Both the position numbers and the translations under genes were made by a program. From the NCBI GenBank assembly GCA_002269645.1, contig NIVC01000045.1, positions 372,001-436,000 on the forward strand: 64,000 bases of DNA, written 5' to 3'. Positions 11,801-22,379 of the stretch are shown piece by piece. The notes beneath the pieces are model-generated. The model worked only from the letters and a program-made list of their open reading frames with translations, made no database searches and had not been told where the DNA came from. The stretch is from Macrostomum lignano (lineage: Eukaryota). The first letter of the stretch is position 1. Each line of letters opens with the position of its first letter.

Positions 11801-12571
11801 ACCCCACGTAACCAAAATCCTCGCTACAATAACGCGGCGATATCGCCCAGCGATTCGCCGAAGCCTCGCCCAATGATCGCCCATTACCGCCAAGCCATCG
11901 CGCATGTCCGCCTGCGCGATATCGCCACGTATCGCCCCGCGATACCGCCGAAGCCTCGCCCAATGATCGCTTGTTACCAGTACACCATCGCGGATTTCCG
12001 CCTGCGCGATATCGCGGGGCATGCAATTAGCGACTTATTTTTTACGTTTCCTTGTGGTACAGTAAAAAAAGTATAAAATAAGTAGAATTTATAATGCAGT
12101 ACACAAAAGTACACAAATTTTTCTTTCCAGTATGCAACTTATTGCAGACAGTCAACGGCAAACTGCCAAAAAATTCGGAAATGTAGAAGTATCTGCTGGC
12201 GGCAGCTTCAGTATATTTTCTTACGAGTTCCAAGGATAATAAATTACAGGCATAAAGCAGGTCCTGCTTTCCTCACTGGTTTGTACTGATTAAAACCACG
12301 GATAGAAGTGCACTTCAATCGAAGAATGGAAATTCCCCTATCAGGATTTTCTTTGTGTTAGCGTTATGCGGTTGCATATTGTGGGAGCAGTCATCGTGCA
12401 CTTGTATGATGAGGGGTTAATTAGTTTTTTTCATCCGTTTTTCTAACGGGGGGTGATTCGATCCAAAGCCCGCGTATATTGGGAATCTAATTATTGTTTA
12501 TAGTCGAATGAAATGTTCTCTAGGGGGGTCAGAGACCAGTTCCATGCTAACGAAGGTGTTCTATTTGACTA

Positions 12572-12925
12572 CTAGGACTTAGGCTTTTCATGCTTTCGCA
12601 GGGGATCAGCCGCGTGCATTAGACAATAAGCAATCGCGTCATCAATGTCTTTGTCGGAACTCTGGCACTGACCTTGGCAAATAGCCTTCACGATTGTCTT
12701 GTGAAGAGCTGTACCCTTCAGGCCTTTCTTCTTGGAGCCGACACCAGTGAAATTAAATTTCATCAGCACCTCCGGCACTATAACACGACGGAGCATTCTT
12801 CGTACAATCTCTCTCGTATCCTTCCTACCCACGTGGGCTAGGTGTCGAGCCTGAAATGGGTTAATTGCAGGTGAATAGTAAAGTACTGCAAGTGAATCAA
12901 AGCACTTGCTTAGTGCAAAGGACAC
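12572..12925 (-). pseudogene. DUF4806-like C-terminal exon of a transposon accessory protein, probably belonging to the CMC/EnSpm element
   Basis: VGRKDTREIVRRMLRRVI...FNFTG...KKKGLKGTAL...IV.AI...IDDAIAYCLMHAAD pattern, recognised from memory. Same strand as the transposase at 18.2-19.3 kb. Confidence 0.5.
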
Positions 12926-13539
12926 TAGTGTATACGTCTAATATTGATATCAAACGGACAAAATTATTGTTTGCTGTTTGAGACAACCCTGTAGACATTA
13001 GAGCAATGAACAGGATAGGAGAAAGTTATCGTTAAAGATCTGCAAATTTATTTGCTTTCTTCGACTAACTCAGGTGTGCTACTATTACAAAGAATTTATG
13101 CTAGCATCACAGACACACGAAAATATTATCCTATATACTAAATCTCTAATCTATGTCCGTGTAAAACGCTCTACAGGTTGAACGCCAAGGATTGTATGGT
13201 TAAAATTTCTTTAATCTGCTTCAATTCTAAAGGTCTTAAATATTCAAAAAACTGTATTTTCCCTACCTAATTAGTGTATTTTTCTCGCAGTTGAGAGCTC
13301 GAAAAATAATAATACGTCTACGGCCATAGACTAAACTTTAATTTCTTGAGCTGATGCTATGAGCTATAAATAATTAAATATTCGCAAGCTTCAGCATATC
13401 CACGAAGGAGAGAAAAATATATTAAATTATTTTTCATTTATTTGTAGCTTGTGCCTGGACTAATCGAACATTTTTTGATTAATAGCAACAATTTTTTTTA
13501 TTAATTAGAAATAATTAGTTTCGAATATTAGTTATCCCA

Positions 13540-15800
13540 TCAATTGTTATTGCCTAGATCTATGAAATCGCTAAAATGCAGACGATGCAAAATCTTCGTT
13601 GCATTGATGTGCAAAAGACTGCCAACATCTATCGAAAATTGATTATATAATGACCCGTACAATGCTGAGTAAATTTCTACATTATTGAAAGGATCATTGC
13701 AGATTCCTGAGAATACTGAGGGGCCAGCAAAGAGGAAAACTAAAGAGGATAAATTAGAATTGTTGTAGACTGCAAATGGAATGACCGCAGGTTGCTGAGG
13801 AGAACTGTAGATTGTCCAAGGGATCATTCATTTAGACTGCAAAGTTGAAAAACGAAAAACTGCTGAGGTATTGTAGTTCCTCCAGACTTATGAGTTTATG
13901 GCTGCAAACTGCCGATGGGATAACTATCTACAGAGTTTAAGTGGATAATAACTGTGAATGATTAAGTGAGAGTTGTTGAGGGGATAAATGCAGACTGCTG
14001 AGTGAATTATTGTAGTTTACTGATGTTAATGAAAGTTGTAGACGGCAAAGTGGATAACTGCAGGCTGTTAATAGTATGACTGCAGTCTGTTTTGCGGGAT
14101 TAGAAGGGATAGCTAATTTCAAGAATTACTGAATTACTGTAGACAAGCAATAACAGGCATAGGCTAAGCAGATGGTCGGCAGTTCGAGTCTGCACTGAAG
14201 TAGCAAATTTATCTTCGTGACCTGTAATAAAAACATTTAAATTTAAAAATACTTTTGCTGGGTCTGCGTTAAGCTTCTAGAGCAGTGCTAATCTTCTGTA
14301 AGTGTTAATTTGCAGAGGGTATTAGTAATTTGGGTGAGCAGTGCTAATCAGTGAGCCGTACAATGCTGAGCAAATTTCTAGATTGATGAAAGGATCATTT
14401 GCAGTTTGCTGAGGATACTGAGGGGCCAGCCGAGAGAATAACTGCAGACTGCTGAGGTTATAAATGAGAGTTATTAAGGAAACACTTGCTGATTGCAAAT
14501 GGATTGACTGCAGACTTCTGAGGGGAACTGCAGATTGTCAAATAGATCGTTCATGCAGACCTTCCAGACTTAAAAGCGTATAGCTGCAAACCATTGAGTG
14601 GATAATTATCTACAGAGTTTTGAGTGAATTGTTGAGGGGATTCCTGCGGACTGCTAAGTGAATTATTGTAGTTTGCTGAGAAGACAATTCTAGGCCACTG
14701 AGTGGATAATTGTTAATCTGCAGGCTGCTAAGAGTTTGACTGTAGTTTGTTTGCAGGATTAGAAGGGATAGCTAATTTCAGGTTGTTGTGGGGATAACTG
14801 CCAATTTCTGGGGGAAGGGTTAACTTCAAACTGCTGAAGTTACTAAACTTCTTGAATAGTATAAGGCTTTTAGTAGAAGGTCGGCAGTTCGAGCAGCATT
14901 GCTAAACTGCTGGTGAACCATTGCTAAACTGCTCGTGAACAAATTGCTAAAGTGGTGGTGAACCATTGTATTGTTAACGAAAGGCTACTTTTAAAGGGAA
15001 GTGCAAGTGCAAGTTAAGTGCAAGTTGTTGCGGGGATTACAGCGGACTGCCAAGTGAATTATTTTAGTTTGCTGAAGGGACAATTCTAGGCCGCTGAGGG
15101 TATAAATGCTTAATGTACTGAAAGTTGTAGACTGCAAAGTGGATAAATGCCGACTGCTAAAAGATGACTGCAGTCTGTTTCGCGCGATTATATGGAGGGA
15201 TGATTTTAGGTTGTTTTAGGGCTAGCTGCCGATTTCTGGGGGTAAGGGGTTAACTTCAAACTGCTGAAGTTACTAAACTTCTTGAATGGTAGCTCGTAGA
15301 AGGTTTATTTCGACCATCTGTCAATAGGCACAATAGCCGCAGTAAGCAGGCAGTAACAGGCATAGACTGAAGGTCGGCAGTTCGAGCCTGGATTGAAGCA
15401 GCGAATTTATTTCTGTGACCTGTGACAATATTTACTGTCTCCTATCTTTAAATTTAAAGATACTTTTGCTGGGGCTGCGTTAATCTTCTAGAGCAGTGCT
15501 ACTCTGATGTAAGTGCTAATTTGCAGAAGGTATTACTAATCTGGGTGGCAGCACTAATCGGGGAGAGCAGTGCTAATCTGACGTACAATAAAGTAATAAA
15601 TATGTAAGAAGATTGCAAATCAATTTCAAATGAAACAATTGCTAAACTGCTGGTGAAGCATTGCTAAAATGCCGGTGAACCATTGCTAAACTGCTGGTGA
15701 AGCATTGCTAAACTGCTGGTGAAGCATTGCTAAACTGCTGGTGAAGCATTGCTAAACTGCTGGTGAACAATTGCTAAAGTTATTAAATTAAAAAAGTCAC
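13540..15800. repeat. Block of diverged internal duplications with 21-bp tandem repeats
   Basis: Paralogous segments (e.g. ~14150-14340 vs ~15345-15560). CATTGCTAAACTGCTGGTGAA is repeated in tandem at ~14897-14970 and ~15637-15780. Confidence 0.8.
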
Positions 15801-15864
15801 TAACGCAAGAAAAAGCGAAAAGGAATCACTACATCAACCATAAAAGAAGAAGCCTGTCGAGCAT

Positions 15865-16030
15865 AAAATAATCATTGGGAATTGCTAAGATGTCAAGGCT
15901 GGTATGGGAAATTGCTTTGATGTCAAGACTCATGGGAGAATTTCTGAGATGTCAATACTTACTAAGGGAATTACTGAGATGCCGAGGTTTACTGGGGAAT
16001 TGCTGAGATGTCAAGGCTCATGGGGGATGG
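15865..16030. repeat. Tandem ~30-bp GAATTGCTGAGATGTCAAGG repeat family
   Basis: About five diverged units; the same motif recurs at 49370-50520. Confidence 0.7.
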
Positions 16031-16856
16031 CTGAATTGTTGAGGGAGGGGTAGATTTCTGGGCGATTGTCAGATAGTTAAGTAGTACGGCTTAAGTTCAA
16101 TAGCTCATTTAATTCAGATAATGAAAAAGTACACGTAAGTGATTCTAAGTTCTGCTAAAAGGAAATAAATGTACCTGCGTATTTATTAAAGGTTTGATTC
16201 TAATAAAAAGGGGTCTAAGGCCGTCAGGGATTGGCATATTGAGCTCCTGCAGACCAGAATATAACTAGGCCAATGACAATACGCACTAAGAGTTTTTGCT
16301 TGAAAGGATAAGCACTATTTGCTAATTGAGAAAGAGAAAGACAAGCGCTAAACTGCTTAAAAGCCACCCGGAGGGGGGATAAATGGCTAGTTATTGACTA
16401 AATGTCTTACCAATAGGTTCTCGTGCTTCTTAACACTAAGCCACTCAGTAAGATTGTCAAAAAGCTCTAATGACTCCACTGGCAGGCTAATAGGAATTTC
16501 AGGCCGTTCCCGTTGACCATTTGAAATAGCTGAAATTTTCCTAGCGTTGTCCTTCACAGTCTGGCGTATAGCCGCGGGCTCTCGTAAAACTTCGAGCTCA
16601 AATGCTGCAATAGATTAGACGTGCTCGAGTTATATTATGCATACGAAGTCTAGTATGATGGCTATCGCTTTTTTACATAAAGGAATATAAAATATTTAAC
16701 TTACGACGTGACACGCTGTTGTTAATACTCGCAGAACTATATGGTGTAAAGTCAAGTGCTTAAGACACATAGGAAAATGTACCGATGCGCTGCATATCCG
16801 CAACTGGTGTTGATGGCGAGACAACCGCTGCTTGTTGAACAGTTAAACTGTTGTCA

Positions 16857-17294
16857 CTACTCCTCGATGCTTGCATGGCTATCGGTAACGGCGTACCGCT
16901 GGTACTGTTGGAGCCGTTTTCGATAAGCGCGCTTAGACCGATGAGCGCTTACGATGGAAAAATGATGAGATTGGTCTGGAATTGCAGGTGACATAGATGC
17001 CTCCAACCCCGAGTTTGAGTCTGAGTCTGAGTCCGACTCTGGCTCCTGTCGGAGACTTGAGTGCTTAGTCCTGGTTGGGGGAGGCTGAGAGTCGTCTGAA
17101 TCTAGGATTCGGCACGTGCGTTTCTGACGGACCGGTTGTGGTTCATCAATAAAGCGCGTTGTACTTCGTCGACGACGTAGCTGTTCGGCATCCGTTGTGA
17201 GTTCTTCCTCACCAGCCACCGCTTTTCTGCACCTTGAACGCGCCGTGACCTCGTTGTCCGCAGTGCAAAAATCGCCACAAAAATTGAAACGCAA
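16857..17294 (-). pseudogene. Low-complexity segment, possibly an upstream exon of the CMC accessory gene
   Basis: Acidic/basic ORF (EEELTTDAEQLRRRRS...DSDSDSDS) on the same strand, between the transposase and the DUF4806-like exon. Confidence 0.3.
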
Positions 17295-18239
17295 TCATGA
17301 CATATCCATAGTTTAATTATATTTTAAGTCTAAACGAACTGGGCTTTAATTAATTAGCAGAGTTTAAGAATAGTACCATTTGGAAAATATTATGTTATAC
17401 TTGATACAAGAGCATCAGCATAATTGTATTTTCTACTTATCTTTTTACATTAATGAACCAATGACGTAGTATGGATTAGTTGATCTAAGAACCAAATACT
17501 ATTGACAGGGGGCGGAACAGGATTTATAAAAATCAAATTTGTTAGAAAGAATGGAATGGATGGGTCTATATAAATCTTAAGTGCTCACCACACTTCGAAA
17601 GAACCAGACATGAATGAGACTCCCAGTCGCTCTCAGAAACCGCTCCTTTACTTCGAAGAATCCTCAGTCGGTCTTTGCCGACGGGGGGCCATCGGCATTT
17701 TGTCAGGCCGACCATCCATGCTTCAGGGGCATATTCCACAAACTGCCCCTCAAATTCCGCAATGAAAAACAGCTGGAAGAGTAAGTTAATTTGGAATTTC
17801 GAGTACTTACGGATATGTGTAGAGTTTTATATTGTTCTAAATAACCTCTGCTCTAATCTAGATATGCAACTGCAATTTTAGCTGAATTAAAGTAAAGACC
17901 TAATCATCTTTGGATAAGGAAGAAAGAAAAGAATAGAGTATATGAAGTAATATTTCTTCAAACTATAAAGTAAGTACTAAGTTAAATAAGAATTTTGTTA
18001 TCATATCAATTAAAACCAGGAATAGGAATAAGATATTACTTATCCTATAATTCAATCAAATAGCAGATTGTCTAGTAAGTACAATATAAAATAATAAAAA
18101 ATGTTAATATTTAAGAACAAGAGCATGATGCGAAGTTATAAAAACATTTCAATAATACATGATGCATACATCTTACATACAAATGGTTATATGGCTTAGC
18201 AAATGGCTGATACAGAGCACATTATACAAAATGATTTAA

Positions 18240-19270
18240 CAATCTAGGCTACCTCCCAACGGTGCAAAAAGTGAAAAGGCATACACGTTTTGGTGGTATG
18301 GTAAAATACATGCTTTCCTATATCTTCTAGAGAGAGGTAAGTAAGCAACTTTGTTGAGAGCTCTGAAATACAATAAATATGAACTTTACAGGACTCAAAA
18401 GGGTATTGATATGCAGAAGAGTTCTTTTTATAGCGCTTACAAACCACTTCATTTGAGTTTCTAGAAGTAAGAAAGTAGCTAACTTTGTAACAGTTGTACT
18501 TATTGTCAAAAAAGTGACAATAATTTATGTTAGAAGAAAAGCAAACATTATTAATAATACAACATGAAAACTTGCTAATTCCAGAAGGCAGGTGATCATT
18601 AACCAATAAAAACTTGAAGACTGTTGCCTCAGTGCAAGCAGCTGCCATATGGAAGGTCTTCAAAGGGGCTTGAGCCATGCCCAATGTGATGAGTTTGGTC
18701 ATGCCTTTCTCTAAAAAATGTATCAGTTAGCAATGTACAATCAAGCTCATCAAATACAACTTGTTGATGGTATTCACCATGAATAGTACATTTGTCACAT
18801 GATGAATAGTCACTGTGTCCTTTGATACACTTAATCAATGCTTTTGCAGGACGGTCTGCAATAACTTTCTCAAGTACCACTTGATCTTTGAGATCATTAA
18901 GCTCAGCTACTAAATCCTTGAGAAATGCACCAACCTCTGGCTTGTCTACACCATAGAAAAGTGCAATAATAAACGGTCTTGAATTTGGAAACAATCCAAG
19001 AATAGGCCAAAACCTTCATTTTTACTTCTAAAGACAGGCAAGCCATCGATTCCAATTAAAAGCTTGAAAGGAGCTAAAAGCTTAGTGTCATTTTGCAAGT
19101 TGCTTTTAATTCCTAAATAGATAAATTCACCTTGTCCAAGCTGAACTGTTGCCGTTTGCCTTGGTATTTGTAGTAGAGTACGTGCAGATAATGGAAGTTG
19201 AGGAGATGTATCATGCAATATTTTGAGCAAGCTATCAATGGCTACTGCAGAAACTTTAAATTTCATAGCC
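18240..19270 (-). mobile_element. CMC/EnSpm-type DNA transposase remnant
   Basis: LLKILH...LPLSARTLL...GEFIYLG...IGIDGLPVFRS...PFIIALFYG..KP...FLKDLV.EL...IADRPAKALIKCIKGH..YSSCDKC. Frameshifted. Confidence 0.8.
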
Positions 19271-19489
19271 CGTTCAGCTAGACAACTAGAAAACTAGAAA
19301 AGTTTAGTCAACTGGAGGCTATCCTTAGTCGTGTGAAAAACACTGTAGTCATCCAGTCCTTGGAAATGCAACATCATTACGATGAAATTAGAGCAGCGTC
19401 CATTCCGATCAATGATCCACGCATAAACTTCTTGTTAGACAGCTAGAACTCACTGTAACGACGGTCAGTCCGAACGGCGTTTGTTACTT

Positions 19490-20475
19490 GTCAAGCGACA
19501 TTTTGAGCGCTGTGAAAACTCACTTGGCAGGCAGGTCAGCTTACCGAGCAGTTAAGCAGTTAGCTAACTTGCCGTCTGTCAAGACGCTTAAGCGGCATAT
19601 GGAACCGATGGCGACTGCCAGGCAGCAGTCAGGGCGCACTTTGAACAGTTTACACCATCTCAACGCTGCTGCTCTATTCTTTTAGACGAAGTGCATGTTC
19701 AGCCGTCGCTGCGCTTCAGTGGCTGTCACACTATTGGTTACTCCGAAGACGCTCTACAGTTACTTGCACGGACTGTGTTTAGCACTAATGGTGAAGCCTT
19801 TCATGGGAGCATCCGCTTCTGTTGCAAGGCTTATCCCTGTGTACAGCTTGCAGTCAGACTTTCTTAAGAATCAAGTGGTGCGTCTGATTGAAATAGTTCA
19901 TCAGAACGGTGGAACCGTTGTATGTCTGATCAGTGACAACCGTTTTATAAATCAGAACTTCTTTCAGTCCATTAGCGATACTGTGTTCCTTGGCGAGCTA
20001 AGAATCCAGCGGATCCTAGTCAGCCATTATTTATTCTATATAACTCAGTACGCCTACTGAAAAAACATCCGCAATAACTGGTTGACACAGCCTAATGGGG
20101 AAATCGATTTCCAACCAGAGGCTGGTGGCCACGTATATCGAGCCAAATGGAGTGACCTTTTTCAAATTGAGGAAGCCTCTCGTGGCCAAATCGTGCGGCT
20201 TACTTCGCTCAATTCAGTCGCCTGTAATCCATTTCTTTTCGAGAGACAGAAGGTGTCTCTTGCTGTAGCGGTTTTAATGATAAGACCACCACTGCCCTAC
20301 GACTGAGCGGCCACACCGACACAGCTGAATTTATTGACTTAGTTGTCAATAATTTCTGGGCGATTGTAAACGTCAAATCTCCGGATCTCACATTCGGCTG
20401 AACGACGCAAGGCGAGTGCTAATCTCGACAGTTAATTCACCGAGTCTTGCGAAGCTGCGCGCTTTCGCTGACATG
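19490..20475 (+). mobile_element. P-element/THAP9-like transposase remnant
   Basis: SAYRAVKQLANLPSVKTL...LDEVHVQPSL...LISDNRFINQNFF...LLKNIRNNW...FERQKVSLA across frameshifts. Confidence 0.7.
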
Positions 20476-20592
20476 TCGGGTGGGAGAGGGTGGGTTTCAT
20501 ACTACTACAGAAAGTAGTTTGTCTTACGAAAACGAAGGCTTCGATTAGGAAAACGCTAAGAAGCTAGAATAGGAAGGGTGCGATTCAACATT

Positions 20593-20609
20593 CCGTAAAG
20601 ACGGTCTCT
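20593..20609 (+). ncRNA. 5' part of a spliced-leader RNA exon, interrupted by the retroelement array
   Basis: CCGTAAAGACGGTCTCT contains the CCGT...ACGG stem typical of flatworm SL 5' ends and matches the Macrostomum SL as I recall it (not verified by search). Confidence 0.65.
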
Positions 20610-21860
20610 AAGCTTGTCTAAGGGTTGTGCGCAATCCGATTGGCTATGCCAATTTCAAAGGGTCCGCCCCGGAGGGGCTGTGCCTGTTCTAAAAATAAAC
20701 CCTATTCTTTTTTCTAATTTCGGCCCTCGGCCTTGGTTTAGGGGGGGTGGTGCCCGGAGTGAGTTGGTTCTCTGGACTGCAGTGTGGCTAGGACGGGACT
20801 GAGCCCCCCGGTCGTACCCGCCCTGCAGGAAAGAAAATGACCAATTCACAAAGGTGTACGGTAGACCCAGTAGCATGCCAGCCCTGAGGCTGAGCACCCG
20901 GGCTGCAGGTCGGCAAGCTGCCTGCTCTAGGGCTATGGTGCTCCTCCCTTCTGCCAATCTTTTTTTCTGGGCTGGCATCCCAGCGCTGTTTTATCCCTAG
21001 CTTTGTGCCTTTGTGGCTTTTTATTCTTTTAATCTTTTATCTGGCCAATAGAAGCCTTCCAATTCTCGGAGTTATGAGCTCTGCCCTTGCCCGGTCCATC
21101 TTGCCCTGTCCTCGGGTCCATCTCCTGGCTCCTGCTGAAGGTCCCTGCTTGCGTGTCTCTGGCTCTCATCCTGACAGTGGATTGGTGTCCTGGGAAGGAT
21201 GTTCGTCCCGAACCGGGGACAACCGGCTGAGTCCGGAGTCCTCTTGCCCTGGGTGCCTCTTCTCCCGACCCCTTGGCCTGGCCCTCAATAATGAGCTGGA
21301 TAGGCGATGCCCTTGGGTTGGTAGCAATAGAGGTGTTGCCATGTCCGCCTAGAGTCTCCCCCTCGGATACAAGCCTTCCAGACTCACTCCAAAATAGAGC
21401 TGGGTAGTGAAAAGCCTTGAGGCTCGAGCCCTACAGTTGTCCAGTGCTGTTTAGGATCGCTCTTGGTAATTAGCTGCCCAGACTCGCTCCAATAGTTTAA
21501 GCCATTTCCGCAGGTTTAGGAGTAACTCCTCACTCGGACCGCTTTTTTCAGTAGTATTTCAAGCATTTCGCTTTCCAATTTTCTGCGCACTCCTAAAGAC
21601 TCGCTTGCTGGGGGGTGGCCTGGGTGGACTCGGTCCTAGCACCGTCCCTGATTCCACTGTTTGGGTTGGCGGTGTCTTGTACCGTAGGCTTGGGTCAACT
21701 CGCCCTTTCCCTAGCTTTAAGCTGGGTCCAATCCCAATGCATCCATGGGGTATCTCGGGCCCTGGACAGCTAATGCCTTGGCCCCTGGTAGTGCCCCTCT
21801 GCGGCAGAGCCCACCCCGGGCTGATCCGCGGGTAGCTAAGCTTCCCCCCCGTTTAACAAC
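20610..21860 (+). mobile_element. Array unit A: non-coding retroelement unit
   Basis: Starts at the SL motif and ends in the shared 3' hairpin module plus GTTTAACAAC. No recognisable protein domain. Confidence 0.6.
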
Positions 21861-21877
21861 AAAGACGGTCTCTTACT

Positions 21878-22182
21878 AGCTTTTCGCTCTCCAATTTTTC
21901 TGCGCACTCCCGAGGACTCGCTGGCTGGGGGGTGGCCTGGGTGGACTCGGTCCTAGCACCGTCCCTGATTCCACTGTTTCGGTTGGCGGTGTCTTGTACC
22001 ATAGGCTTGAAGTCCCTCGCCCTTTCCCTAGCTATAAGCTGGGTCCAATCCCAAGGTATCCATGGGGTATCTCGGGCCCTGGACAGCTAATGCCTTGGCC
22101 CCTGGTAGTGCCCCTCAGCGGCAGAGCCCACCCCGGGCTGATCCGCGGGCAGCTAAGCTTCCCACCCTCGTTTAACAACAAC
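21878..22182 (+). mobile_element. Array unit B: 5'-truncated copy of unit A
   Basis: Near-duplicate of ~21560-21860, bounded on both sides by AAAGACGGTCTCTTACT. Confidence 0.75.
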
Positions 22183-22222
22183 AAAGACGGTCTCTTACTG
22201 CGAAACCCCAATTTATTGCATG
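22183..22222 (+). ncRNA. Nearly complete SL exon sequence at the 5' end of the full-length LINE
   Basis: AAAGACGGTCTCTTACTGCGAAACCCCAATTTATTGCATG ends in ATG like flatworm SL exons, but is followed by ACC rather than a GT donor. Confidence 0.7.
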
Positions 22223-22379
22223 ACCGTCCGCGCGCGCGCAAAAATCTGCAAAGCAAAGAATTCCAAATTGCAACAAGGCCTGTGACTCTAATTGCCCATT
22301 GTTCTGCCTTCCACTAGTTCTTAACTTTGTGACAAGAGCTAATAGTCTTATTTTATAGTTAATAATAATATTAGCAGAA

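Noticed and set aside
11800-12020. ORF continuation with PRPMIA repeats after the R2-like RT
   Set aside because: A GC-rich ~60-bp duplicated repeat read through by chance; not RT sequence.
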